Below are positions 1-12,986 of a stretch of 64,000 nucleotides of DNA, one piece after another. Each line of letters begins with the position of its first letter. Position 1 is the first letter of the stretch. Source of the DNA: Eledone cirrhosa (lineage: Eukaryota); assembly GCA_964016885.1 (NCBI GenBank), contig OZ024743.1, positions 338,520,001 through 338,584,000 of the forward strand, in the 5' to 3' direction. The notes beneath the pieces are model-generated. The model searched no databases, was not told where the DNA came from, and saw only the letters and a program-made list of their open reading frames with translations. The position numbers and the translations under genes were made by a program.

Positions 1-143
1 AAATAAATCAACTAATATCTTAACACTTCACACAAAGTAAAACATTTCGTTTTAATCATTTTCTAACCCAGCAAAAAGAGAGAGAGAAATAAAAAAGGAA
101 AAAAATATATTTTTCTTCCTAATAATCGTCTCTTTCTCCCTGT

Positions 144-201
<58 letters not shown>

Positions 202-263
202 TATACTTAAATGCAACAACACAGCTCGCCATTTTGATTCATATATATACATACATATGTGTG

Positions 264-312
<49 letters not shown>

Positions 313-409
313 ACGTATGTATATATATATGCATGCATGTGTTTGTAAATGCGCAGGGACATAGAAATAGTCGGGCTGGACACCAGATCACGCGGTTAAA
401 CCACTGGGA

Positions 410-707
410 GTGAAGGACCTCTAGCCTTTGTCAGGGCATTCTTCTAGGAGAAGGCAACTCAGGAAACTGGGATAACTCCGACATAAAACCTGCGGCTCAG
501 TAGTTACTGATGATGTTGATCTTTTCTTCTTTTAGGGTTATAGCTACTGTCTCTCAGAGAGTGTGATTGGCTCAGTGCACAGTCTTTCCTCACTTTAAAA
601 AATATCTTCACGCACAGGCATTGCAGGATAGAATTAATTAATTAATAATTATTAATAATGGTAAATCGTGCAATGGCCATACTCGATAACGAGGGGGCAG
701 CCATCAT
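410..707 (+). mobile_element. Partial copy of a non-coding, probably RTE-related retroelement ending in CAGCCATCAT-(ATGT)n
   Basis: Close match to 39478-39728; shares ctaggagaagg..aactc and cacaggcattgc blocks with copies at 852, 1463, 37951, 46441; ends in an ATGT repeat. Left boundary approximate. Confidence 0.65.
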
Positions 708-720
708 TATGTATGTATGT

Positions 721-838
721 CTGAGTTCAAATTCCGCCGAGGTTAACTGTGCCTTTCATCCTTACGGGGTCGATAAAATAAAGTACCAGTAATGTACTGG
801 TAAATTGCTGGCCTTGTGCCAAAAGTAGAAACAATTAT
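721..838 (+). mobile_element. tRNA-derived SINE fragment with MetaSINE-like central domain
   Basis: B-box gagttcaaattcc, then cctttcatccttacggggtcgataaaataaagtaccag; many other copies in the window. Confidence 0.75.
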
Positions 839-851
839 GTATGTATGTTAT

Positions 852-1386
852 GTCAGGTCACTCTTCAATGCCACTGGTAACATGCAACCCAGTACATGGT
901 CAGTCGTCGGCGACTAAACTGGCTACTCCATCAAGTTTCTTGGTGAGGAGGGTGATTTTTGACACCCGACTGGATGAAAAACAAACCCGTCAAAAGGCGG
1001 ATGAACTCAAGAGAGTCAACGGCTATCCAATAAAGTTTTTTTGTAGAGCGAAAGAGTCCTAGTCTTCATTAAGACATCTCTCTAGGAGAAGGTTACTCTG
1101 ATATAAAATCTCCGACTTCGCTTGCATCCAATGATGTAGGCCAGTTCTGCTTTTTGTGAAAATGCATTCGATATTCAGAGAGTGGAATTGGCCCCGTGCA
1201 AAACCTTTCCTCGCTTAAAAAAGCTTCAAGCACAGGCATCGCTTGATATGTAACATGTTTTACGGTACATGGTATTGCTGGTCACACTACACGTAAGTCA
1301 CTAGAATGACTAAAAGGCTACATCCGTGATGCTCATGCTAAAGTATCAAGCGATGACATTATTTGAAATTGAGTTCCAGCCATCAT
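852..1386 (+). mobile_element. Non-coding RTE-related element, ATGT-flanked
   Basis: Starts gtcaggtcac after (ATGT)n, ends cagccatcat(gtat)n; homologous to 1463-2072. Confidence 0.7.
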
Positions 1387-1403
1387 GTATGTATGTATGT
1401 ATG

Positions 1404-1437
<34 letters not shown>

Positions 1438-1462
1438 TGTATGTATGTATGTATGTATGTGT

Positions 1463-2072
1463 GTCAGGTCACCAGTTGGTGCTACTGGTAACATGTATCC
1501 AAGTACAACCTGTCTCATGGTTGGGTCGTTGGCGACTAAACTGGCAACCCCACCAAGGTTTCTTGGTGAGGAGGGTGACTTTGGACATCCTGCAGGACTA
1601 AAAACAAAACCCGTCAAAGGGCAAAGGAGCTCTTAAGAGTCAATGGACATCCAAAATCACCGGGAGAGATGACCCCTTAGCCTTTGTCAAGGCAGAATTC
1701 TAGGAGAAGGGAAACTCTGTTATAACACCTGCAACCTTGATGGTATCCAATGATGTTGACTTGTTCTTCTTTTTGGTAAATATCATCTTGGTTAAGAGAG
1801 TGGGACTGGCTTTGTGCAGTGCATTTGCTCACTATAAAAGCTTCACAACACAGGCATTGCTTTATATCTGGAGATCTCTCTGCACTTGTCCTCACATGGT
1901 ACCATGGGCCCAGCACTATGTGTCAATAATTGTCACAAGTGTAGTGTTTGTACCAGAGTTTTCAAGTCGCTGGCTGGACTAAAAAGCCACACTCGTTCAG
2001 CGCATCGGTAGGGGTTCTCCTACATGAATATAAAGTAGTGGCCGTACTCGAAAACGAGTTGGCAGCCACCAT
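1463..2072 (+). mobile_element. Non-coding RTE-related element, ATGT-flanked
   Basis: Near-identical to 37951-38560; (ATGT)n on both sides. Confidence 0.75.
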
Positions 2073-2388
2073 GTATGTATGTAGATGCGACATGTATTAT
2101 GTGTGTTTGTGTTAGTACTCGTGTATATGTGTATGGTTATGTGCTTAATGAGTTTAATGTGTTTATGTTTATGTGTGAACAAATCAGGAATATGTTTATA
2201 GAAATCGTGTATGTTTGTTTGAAGTAGATCCGATGTTTATGTCTGTCTGTGTGTGTGTGTGGCGTGTTTATGCGTGTGTGATAGCAAGAGAGAGAGAGTG
2301 TGCGTGTTTGTGTGTATGCGAGTGGGTGAGAGAGAGGGAAAGTATGTGTGTGTGAGTTTGTGCAAGTGATAGAGAGAGGGGAGGAAAG

Positions 2389-2491
<103 letters not shown>

Positions 2492-2809
2492 ACCTTTATT
2501 TCAATGCCATCGGGGTCTGAAACATATTTTGTTTATTTTACAACATGGAAATATGTAAATATTTTGCGTTAGTATTTGCGTAATATGGCTGCAGATGGCA
2601 AAATCTCTAGAGCGTCAGGCGAAATACTTTATGATATTTGGTTAAATCCATCTATGATATCAATGGACGCAGCACGGACGATTAGTTAGGAAGATCGCTT
2701 CGGAATCATTAGATCTCGGGTTCGATCCCACTGCATGGTGTCTTGTGTCGACCCATGCACTGTGAGGGAAGCTGTTTGGACTGCAAGATATTTCATGCAG
2801 TGACACCTT

Positions 2810-3230
2810 TTCTAGTGGCAACCTGGTACGCTCGGCTATCAGCCCAGGCTCTGCTGCCCGCCAGGCCGAAGAGGGCAAACTGTCCAAGTATCGGCCATTC
2901 TATGATAGGTTTGAAATAGAGCTTATAACAGTGGAGACTGCCGGCGTTCTCCCCCCCCCCCCCCCCCCCCCGCACACCCCGCACACCCGGACTATATCCT
3001 TATTCACTGCTATCGGAGCGAAGTTGGCCACCCGCAGGTACGAGCCCCGCAAGGTTGAGTGGCTGTTCCAGTGTGTCTCCCTCGCTGTCCTCCGGAGCAA
3101 TGTAGTCTCCATCTTGTCGGCCGGGGCCCTGAGGTTAGTTGGAAATGGAGGATACTCGTTCAGACGTGACTTTCTCTCTATTTCTTTGAAATGATTTGTT
3201 ATGAATGCTGTCGGATTAAGATTCAAGAGA
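2810..3230 (+). mobile_element. 3' fragment of a CRE-like non-LTR retrotransposon (restriction-like endonuclease C-terminus)
   Basis: Translates as ..GSAARQAEEGKLSKY..VETAGVL..WLFQCVSLAVLRSNVVSIL, matching the CRE AE..K..KY / ET.G / S.A.QRGNA..IL pattern; interrupted by poly-C. Confidence 0.65.
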
Positions 3231-4019
3231 CAGTCTTGTCAAACTCTATGTTACTCTGAGTTAAGGTACACACAAACATCTACACTTTAATTTCATGAGC
3301 ATGCTGTTCCATTAATCAAACAACTGGAATTCCCCTTGTCAAAATCGACATAAGCACATTTGATTCTCTTCTTTGTTCTGAGTTCAAATCCCAATCAGAT
3401 GAATTTTATCCTTGACTCTTCCCTATTGAAGAAATTAAGTACTTGTGGGTCCCAAATAAATAACAAGGGTTTGGAATAAGCGGAGGGGTGGGTGGAAAAT
3501 CAGTATTTTTTTAAAAACCAGAATTAGTCGTTTAGTTTACACAGTGAGACTCCAACCCATCCTATTTATTTTATAGCGTATGAGATTTCTAGTAATGAAC
3601 TTTTTTGCATGTAAAATGTTTTTTAATGTATAAAGAAAATTAATTGCCGCAGAAATATTAGCATTTAAAATAAAATTTCGCTGAAGATAGATTAGCAACA
3701 TTAAATAAGCGGGTGGGTTGGAATAAGAGAGGAGGGGGGGGGGGGGGGGGGTATTCGAGACAGCTCGATATAATCAGCTCTAAAATCTTTGAAGTTGCTC
3801 CAGTATAGTCATGTTTGGGACAAAAAAGAAAAATGATATTCATAGAAGTCAGGTGTCTTGCCAATGTAAACATCTGTTCCAGACAGCGAGAAAGAAATGT
3901 TTACTAAGAACTGCTCTGAGACATTCAACTCCTCTACCCAGACTACATATTTCCATGTATGTCAATGACTCTTTCTGACAGAGGCACAAAGCCAGCGATT
4001 TGAGGGAAGGAGAAAGGTG

Positions 4020-4180
4020 ATTATATCGATCCGAGTACATAATTGGTGTTTTATTTTATCGACCTCGGAAGCATGAAAGGTAAAACTGATTTCAGCGGGA
4101 TTTGAACTCAGAACGTAAAAAAGCCAGATCAAATACCGACAAACATTTCTCAGGCGCACTAACGACTCTGTTAATCCAAC
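4020..4180 (-). mobile_element. SINE copy (same family as 721-838)
   Basis: ttttatcgacc..gcatgaaagg..gcgggatttgaactcagaacg. Confidence 0.65.
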
Positions 4181-4799
4181 ACATTTTATAAATATAATTG
4201 AAAATGTAAAAAGGAACAGTTTTTGAAATCCGATCAAATAGCGATTGAAGACACGGGTAATATATATAACATTTACATTGTCATTGTATTTATATATGAA
4301 TTAGATCAAAGGTTCTCAACGGGGGGAATATGCACCCCCGGGGGTGTTTCGGACCTCCAGGGGGCGTTTGGGAGCAAGGGGACGTTAGGATGGTGTTTGG
4401 AGCTTGAGGGAGGGGGGCGATAGGGAGGTGCTGGGAGGCTCTTTACTTTGGTAAGTTTTATAAGGCATCATTGTATGTCTCTGAGACAGCAAGTGTAAAT
4501 GCATTCGAATGAGCATTCGACAGCATAGCTATGGTCTGACCGCTGCTGTGAGCAGGTGTGCAGGCGTGCCTAGACATTAACCGGCAATTGAGATCCTAAA
4601 AATAGAAAAAGCCCACAATCAACTGGGTCAATTACACTTTGAGCGCAGCCAGTTAGAATCTTATCTTTTCTTCACCGATAACAATGTATTTCGTCTGAAA
4701 TTATTGACTCAACCGTAACGAGTTAGCACTATGTAGATCTACTTTATTCTCTATTGCATAAATAATATTGCAAATAAAAAAGAAAGAAAAACACAGAAG

Positions 4800-5270
4800 C
4801 GGGTAGCACACACATCTAGGACCACATATAACACATAAGCAGGTAATACACACATCTAGGACTACATAATCAGATAGCACACACATCTAGGACCATATAC
4901 AACACATAAGCAGGTAATACACACACATCTAGGACCACATGCAACACATAAGCAGGTAATACACACATCTAGGACCACATGCAACACATAAGGAGGTAGA
5001 ACACATATTTAGGACCACATACAACACACAGGCGGGTAATACATACATCTAGGACCACATACAACACATAAGCAGGTAATACAAACATCTAGGACCACAT
5101 GTAACACATAATCAGGTAATACATACATCTAGGACCACATACAACACATAAGGGGGCAATACACACATCTAGGACCACATACAACACACAAGCAGGTAAT
5201 GCATACAGCTGAGACTACATGCAATACATAAGCAGGTAATACATACATCTAGGACTACATACAACACACA
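4800..5270. repeat. Minisatellite, ~39-41 bp unit (acacatctaggaccacatacaacacataagcaggtaatac), about 12 copies
   Basis: Directly visible tandem array inside the hAT element. Confidence 0.95.
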
Positions 5271-6298
5271 TTGTATCATGTGCTACGGACGACGCAAGAG
5301 CTATGGTCGGCCAACATAAGGGTTTCATCACTCTTCTGAAGAGAGAAAATCTATCTGTATTTGCTGTTCATTGTGTCATTCATCGACAACGCTTGACTGC
5401 GAAGAAACCCAGCGAGCCACTGAGCAAGTCCTTGCAGGTGGCCATTGATGTCATCAATTTTATCAAACGGCATTCCCTCAATGAACGAATGTGCCAAGAT
5501 AATGACGAAGAATTCGTCAAGCTGCTCCTTCATACTGAAGTGAGGTGGCTTTCAAAGGGCAAGTGCCTTACTCACTTCTTTGAACTGCTCGACTCTATCA
5601 TTGAGTTTCTGCGAGGACGCAACACAGAACTGTACAAGAAAACCCTCGATGTGAGACAAGACTGCGCCTACCTCACCGACATATTCGACAAATGCAATAG
5701 CGTCATTATGGCTTTGCAGAGGAAGAAGATCCCCTTGCTTAAAGCAAGGAATACTGTGAAAACATTCCTGGCTAAATTGAATGTTGTCGAAAGGAATCTT
5801 TGTAGATGGGAATTATATAATTTTCCTAGTGTCGCCAATGTTCAAAACATTGTAAGCGATGACCAACTCCAAATTTATACCGCGCACCTCCGTGCGCTAC
5901 AAGACAACACGAGAGAACGGTTTGTCGACCTTTTGCCGATGGACATCCCAATGTGGGTAGCAGATTCCCTCATAGCTAACGTCGACGATTTGGTCGTTAA
6001 ATTTCAGGAAGAATTCATTGAACTTCAAGCAGATGACATGATCAAAATTAGATTTCCCAAAATAGGTGAACTCTTTTTTTGGATGCAAGAGGGAATTTAG
6101 CGTAGATTTCCACTCCTACATGCAGAGGCTAAGAGATTTGCTCTGCCTATTCCAGTTGGTGCTGTTTCCAGACTGCACAGTAAGGTTCGCAACCGCTACA
6201 ATGTAATTATACGTGGAGATCTCCGGCTACATATTACGAAAATCCAGCTTGACATCAAAGAGTTAGCTAGATTCCATGAAGCTCAAGGGTCCCATTGA
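5270..6298 (+). pseudogene. hAT transposase C-terminal half, disrupted
   Basis: SCATDDARAMVG (TDGA motif), HCVIH, HTEVRWLSKG, stop at 6098-6100, then GDLRL..HEAQGSH*; N-terminus missing. Confidence 0.9.
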
Positions 6299-7172
6299 AA
6301 TGAGGTCAAAGTTAAAGTAAGTTGATTTATCCGAAAACTTGGATATGCTATTGTTACAAAGCAAACTAACAATTTTTTATTTGTAGTTGCAGTCTGACTG
6401 GACTGGAAACCATCTACTACAATTCACTTACTCATTTGTTGTATATATTTTACCATTTACTAATAAATATACCCTCTTATATGGTTATGAAAACCTCTTC
6501 CATGGTCTCTAAGCAGAGGGGTCTTCAAGTTAGATATCAATATTTATTCTGTCCGTTTCATTAAAGGGAAAATTGGAAAGCTTTGAAATGATATAATTGC
6601 CACTTTAAGATATAATTAAATGATATAATTGCCACTATAATAGCACACTTGGGATAGACAGAGTTGCTCTTGTATAAATGTTCAAAATAGCTGGTATCGC
6701 CTGGTGGGAATATAACAAATTCAACTGGTCCTTATTCATAAAAAAGAACATTTATGTTCCTTTTTTTTAAAATTTATATTTCCTTTCAAGGAATGTATTT
6801 ATACTCTCAGCTACCTGCAATGGTATCTTTGGAATATTGTTAATCCATTTTTTAGTAATCTACTGATATCAAAATCAGTAGTATATTGAAAAATGGAAAA
6901 ATAGGGTAACGGGGCGTTTCGTGATTTTGAGGGACAAAAGGGCTGAGAACCTGTGAATTAGATGGTGTCACCTGGTCTCCGAAAACAAATTCAAGTACTT
7001 CAGGATCATGTCAAGTGATAGAAAGAAACTTTCAGAAAATCTGGTCAGCAGAAGGTCTTCAGAGAAGAAACCCCACCCAAGGTAGTGTTTACGCCTTTAA
7101 CTTCTATAGGAAAATCAAGTGATTTATTACGGATAAACATGTAACTGCCAGGCCACTCCACACCGTTGTATA

Positions 7173-7259
<87 letters not shown>

Positions 7260-7500
7260 TTATTTATTTATATATATATATATTAATATATATGTTGGTG
7301 TGCTTATTACCAGTGAACACCTGACAGTATTAAAATATTACTTCGATGAGATATGACAGACCAACGGCAATCAATTTTAAGATAAAATTAAAAATGATTC
7401 TCTTAAACTGTTTGACCCCGCCAAAGGCTGAACTCGTAGTTTCTCTAAGGTCTGACTGGGGGTGGGGGTGCGTTATATCCAGAAAGAGATATCGAGCCAA

Positions 7501-7900
7501 CCCCAATGGTAAATGGGTAGACCAGATCCCCAAATTGTTCCAATATCAATCATAGTCAGTCCTCAATGCTATGACAATGGGCAGAGGGTCTCCCTAGAAT
7601 CCTGATGGGTGGTATATCTGCAAAGAGAAAACAAAGGCACCCCAATGGTAAATGGCGAGACCAGATCCTAAAATTATCCCAATGTCAATCTTAAGCAGAA
7701 CTCAATACAATCACAATAAACAGAGGATCTCCCTAGAATCTAGATGGAAGGATGGTATGATATCAGCAAAGAGGAAACAAAGACACCCCAATGGTAGATA
7801 GAGACAAAATCCTAAGATTGTTCCAACGTTAATCATGGGCAGAACTGAATGCAATCACAATAAACAGAGGGTCTCCCTAGAATCTATGATATCTGAAAAA
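7501..7900. repeat. Diverged tandem repeat, ~140 bp unit, about 3 copies
   Basis: ccccaatggta..accagatcc..tctccctagaatc recurs at ~7501, ~7640, ~7786. Confidence 0.85.
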
Positions 7901-8009
7901 AGAAAACTCAATGCAATGACAAGGAAAAGGGATATATGAAGGGAATATCTTCATAATGTTTCATACTCTTCCTCCACTACAGGAGGAAATAACGATTAAA
8001 ATAAAATCT

Positions 8010-8275
8010 GTAATAATTGGCTAAGTTAGTAAATATCTAAGTGACATTGTCAAAGAGGTAGAGTTTTCAGACAACGAAATTGATCAGCTAACTCGTACTT
8101 TACCAGGACAAACTGTAAGTGGAACAGTAGAAATATGCATGATTTTCTAAAGTTCAACATGTAAATCTTACCACTTTTGACATTCAAATCCCAATGGAGG
8201 AGCTTTGATTCTTTGTTTGAAAAAAGCGTCTTACTTTACAAGAAGTATTTTAAATAATTAAAAATAAACAAAAAC
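8010..8275 (+). mobile_element. 3' remnant of an R4/Dong-like element ending in (CATA)n
   Basis: FSDNEIDQLTRTLPGQTVSGTVEICMIFLKFNM* resembles the C-terminus encoded at 38810-38900; AATAAA then CATA repeats. Confidence 0.55.
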
Positions 8276-8334
8276 ATGTACATACATATGTACATGTGTA
8301 CATAGATATACACATACATACATACATACATACA

Positions 8335-8365
<31 letters not shown>

Positions 8366-8759
8366 GCACACATACACACATGCATACATACACTCACGTG
8401 CCTACATACTCACATTACACACACATACTACACACACTGCACACAAACTCACACACACTTCACACACACTACACATACACCCACACTACACCCACACATC
8501 ACACACATACTACACATAAGCACATATACACACACACACTACACCCATACATCATACACACACACTACATATAAACACACTATACACATTACACTACATA
8601 CATACTACACATATACAAACACACACACTACACACAAACACACGCACACTATACAAACGCACACACATATCACACACACACTACACAAACACACTTCACA
8701 AACACACACACTACACATAACACACACGCGCGCCCACACACACGCGCGCGCCCACACAC

Positions 8760-8845
<86 letters not shown>

Positions 8846-9435
8846 CACATACATACAGACATGTGAAAGCTGAGAATGAGGTTAGATGTAAAAAAAGCCA
8901 AAGTAAACCAAAACATTTTTACTATTTCTCGCATCATTGTGGTCTTCTTTCACAGATCAAGTTGCACCTTCGTCTTGCAACTTTATCGTCACCATTTTTA
9001 ACTCGTTTTTTGGAGGGGATTTGTTTTCATTCTTTGTTTCTTCCTTTCTCCCTCTCGTTCTTTCCTTCGTTCTTTCTTTCAGTTTTAATCATTTAATTCA
9101 TCTATTTATTACTTCCTCTTTCTTTCTTTTTTCGTTCCTTCTTTCTTTCATTTTTAATTATTTAATTCATTTATTTATTACTTCCTTTTTTTTTCTTGTC
9201 TTTATTTCTTCCTTTTTTCTTTCTTTCTTTCTCTTTTTAATAATTTATTTTATTTATTTATTATTTCCTTTCTTCTTTTTCATTCTTTCATTTTTCCGTT
9301 TTTCCTTCCTTCATTCTTTCTTTCTTTCTCAATCCATTCATTCTTTCTTTCTTTATTTTTCAATCCATTAATTCTTTTTATATTTTTCCTTACTTTCTTC
9401 TTTTCTTCCGTCTATTTACTCGAGTTTGCTAGTCT

Positions 9436-9527
9436 TTCTTTCTTCTTCTTCTTCTTCTTCTTCTTCTTCTTCTTCTTCTTCTTCTTCTTCTTCTTCTTCT
9501 TCTTCTTCTTCTTCTTCTTCTTCTTCT

Positions 9528-9565
<38 letters not shown>

Positions 9566-9570
9566 TGCTG
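9436..9570. repeat. (TTC)n followed by (CTG)n microsatellite
   Basis: Direct. Confidence 0.95.
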
Positions 9571-10533
9571 TTGTTGACGTTGTTGACGTCGTTGTTTAGC
9601 CCTCAGCTAGAATCATCTCTGGTCGAACTGTTGATCTCTAATGAAAGGCATTCCAGTCATGACCATCTCATCATTTTTCTATATCTAAGACACCACTGTC
9701 CAATCTGGTCATCATTTAAAACCCTTTCGTTACCATATTTCTAATGAAAGTCACTTTGAAAATTATCAAGAATTTGGAGGGATTCATTATTAAGCTGGTG
9801 ATTGGAACTTAACTTAACAAAGGTTTTTACATAAAATTATGTTGGAAGGTCTTAAAATAAATGTAAACTCTTAAAACCCCTTTGCCACCATATTTCCAAT
9901 GAAAGACACTGCAAATAATGTTCAAATAATTTTGAAAATAATCAAGAATTTGGCGGGACTTAGTAATATAACTAAATTCTTTATAATTAAGTTGAGCTTT
10001 GGAAGATAAGATTATGATGGAAGGTTTTTATATAAATATTAAACACTTTAAAACAGTTTTCAAGCTGTTCCCTATCAAAAGGGTTAAAAAACCAAAAAAT
10101 GTTATTGTAGCTTCTCTCTCTAACTCTCTCCTTCTCTAACTCTAACTCAACTCTCCCTCTTTTTCTACCCCCCCCCCCTCTCTCTCTCCCCACTTTCATT
10201 TTCTGTCCTTTTTTTTTCATTACACATTCTCCCTCTCCAACTTTCTTTCGTTCTTCCTTTCTTTTTCCTTTTCTTTCTTTCTTTTTTCTTCTTTTTTACT
10301 GTTTAGTCTGTCCGTGGCCCTTTTTAGGGCTTCCGAAACCGATTTGAGGGATGTTGGGAGGGAAAGGTGGTGCCTATGACTCATTTCAGAGCTTCCGAGA
10401 TGGGTGGGAGGGATGTGAGGGGGAAGGGTCTATGTCTCTTTTTAGGGCCATCGAGATCGGTTGGAGGAAGATAAGTAGAAAAGGACAACACCAATTACTC
10501 TATTTTAGAACCTTCAAGATCTATCTATCTCTA

Positions 10534-10620
<87 letters not shown>

Positions 10621-10647
10621 ATCCATATATCTATCTGTCTATCTATC

Positions 10648-10727
<80 letters not shown>

Positions 10728-10732
<5 letters not shown>

Positions 10733-11285
10733 ATACTTTGGGAGGGTCATGTTGCCAATAAGAAACACACGCACCAGTTGCTTTCACTTCAATTCATTAT
10801 AATAAATTTATAAATTTAGGAATTTATAAATTTCCGCTTGGTTGGTTGGTTCCACAACCAGATGATTGTTTATATATTGTCAAAGTTCTTTCGTCACACA
10901 TTCTGTGACCTCTTCAGTGACTGCGGATTCTTTTCTTTGTTTTTGTGCCTCTCCTTTGTTCTGTCCTACGCCATCTTGTTTTTGTGTGTGTTGTGTGCTT
11001 AGTTTGCGCATGTGTTACATCCGGATGTCTGTGTGTGTTTATATTTGTTTATTTATTTGTTTATTTACATGTTACTGGTTAGTTGTTTGTTCTATGTGCG
11101 TGTGTGTTTTCATTTTGTCCTTAATTGTAAGTTGTGATGTTGCTGTTCCATTCATGTTTTCTATTTAATTTTGGTTGGAGTTCATTTATGTTTATTGCCT
11201 CTGTGATTTGTCTAAACATTGCGTCTTTTCTGTGTGTAGATTCTATTTTTATTTCTATGTTCTCTAATTTACCCTTATGTTCTAT
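10728..11285 (-). mobile_element. Penelope-like element 3' fragment (pLTR), inserted in (TA)n
   Basis: Homologous to 42125-42680; encodes the end of the GIY-YIG ORF (..RKDAMFRQITEAIN..) and a hammerhead. Confidence 0.85.
10879..10921 (-). ncRNA. Minimal type I hammerhead ribozyme
   Basis: GUCA-CUGAAGA-G-GUCAC(loop)GUGAC-GAAA-GAAC-UU-UGAC. Confidence 0.75.
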
Positions 11286-11784
11286 GATAGAAATTATTTT
11301 TGAAAAGCATTAGAAATGCGCAACCGGTAAAAACTTAAAACTAAAACTGAATACTAGCAAATACTTATTACTAATTTATACTTATTCCTAATTAAACTAT
11401 TTTTCACTGGAAAAAATTTGTCAGCATTTTCTTTTCCTTTTACTAATATATCACAACGCCTGTGTTACACCGCTATTTTTTAAAATATATATATATCAAT
11501 CTATCTATCTCTCTATCTCTCTCTCTCTATATATATATATATATACACATACAAACACATGCTTACGCACGTGCACAAGTATAGCTCTTTTTACAAAACG
11601 TTTTTTTTTTTCAGGTAGACGCACTCCATCATCCACTTTTCTAAAAAATAAATCATATACAAAACGCCAGCACCAACAGTTTTGCAAGAGATGTCAACAT
11701 GAATGGACCTGTTATTTTTATCTAAAGACATTTTTTCCAATTCCATCCCGGCCGTCCCCTCAATCTATCTTATTTCTCATTCTT

Positions 11785-11820
11785 TCTTCTGATGAAAGAC
11801 TAGCCTCCGAAACGTTAAGA
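11785..11820 (+). ncRNA. Degenerate minimal hammerhead
   Basis: UCUU-CUGAUGA-(imperfect stem II)-GAAA-CG-UU-AAGA; palindromic ACGU stem III. Confidence 0.55.
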
Positions 11821-11903
11821 CCTTCTTCCTGCTATATCAAGCGTTAACCTAATATAACCCCCCCCCCCCATATACTGAACGGATCGTGTTATTTCCGTTT
11901 ACC

Positions 11904-12034
<131 letters not shown>

Positions 12035-12579
12035 GTATTAAGGATACTATTTATGGTTATGTATATACTTAAACCTTTTATAGTTATATATATTTTAAAC
12101 CCTAAATAGTGAAAGACAGTAATTTATTACTACCTTATTACCAGTAAGATAAATAGCTCAATGTAACAACATCAGTTGTTTTACAGAGCAGTTATATAGA
12201 AATTACATGAATCAAAGTTCTGTTTAAATCATTTATTTGCTTACAATTGTTTCTTCCAAACCGAGGTTTGGAGTCTTCGGAGCAATTATTCAGTGATTTT
12301 TTACATACTTGACCTCCTTTTAAACACAAGAGAAATATAGAAACATATGTATATATTGACCCACAGTGGGTTGACATCCATTATAATAATATAGCATGGC
12401 AATTTACATACAAAGATTACAGTCATATTAAAGGACAAAATTAAAGTTAAAATTAAAATACAACATTGGCAGTTTACGAAGATAAAGCAAGAGGATAGTT
12501 TGAAGTAGCCAGTGTATGCAACAGTCACACGTGAGGCATGCACACGTGTCCTATTTATACAAGATTACAGTGCGGCAGA

Positions 12580-12986
12580 GTGTTTCATGTAATAAAATAT
12601 GCTTAATCAAGGATATCATATACTCATGCACAGTCACAACTAACAACTCTTCTGAAACCTATATAGGCTCTACTTCAAACTGCTTCAAAACCAGATACAA
12701 TTCGCACCTCCACTCTTTCAAAAAACACAGTCTAGCCAACTCCACTTCACTATCTAGCTACATACACTATCTAAAAACTAAAAATAAATCATATACACTT
12801 AAACGGGAAGTGATAGGTAACGCGACATCGTACAAACCACCTAATAAATTTTGTAACCTCTGTCTACTAGAGACCCATACTATTATCTTCTCAAACCATA
12901 ACCTCCTTAATAAAAAATCAGAAGTGTTCGCGTCTTGCCAGCACCGCTTCCGACACTCCTTCCAAAACTTTAAACCCAATATATAA
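12580..12986 (+). pseudogene. GIY-YIG endonuclease domain of a Penelope-like element
   Basis: IIYSCTV..TYIGSTSNCFKTRYNSH..CNLCLLE..LLNKKSE..CQH. Confidence 0.88.

Larger units (their letters stand above)
4307..6955 (+). mobile_element. hAT (Buster/Charlie-type) DNA transposon, internally deleted
   Basis: TIRs caaaggttctcaac / gctgagaacctgtg (12/14 match); 8-bp TSD AATTAGAT at 4299-4306 and 6956-6963; transposase remnant inside. Confidence 0.92.

Noticed and set aside
52-252. Many short ORFs rich in YI, CV, HT, MYVC or LSIY here and across the window
   Set aside because: Simple-repeat translations with no coding evidence.
860-1030. HDV-like or twister ribozyme call in the RTE-related family
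   Set aside because: The required pseudoknot pairings could not be assembled by eye; left as an unclassified candidate.
2680-2760. tRNA gene
   Set aside because: Only a B-box (gggttcgatccc) with no cloverleaf; more likely a SINE head.
11296-11335. Further hammerhead relics (also ~31270 and ~55170)
   Set aside because: Core nucleotides mutated or CUGANGA half absent; too degenerate to call.
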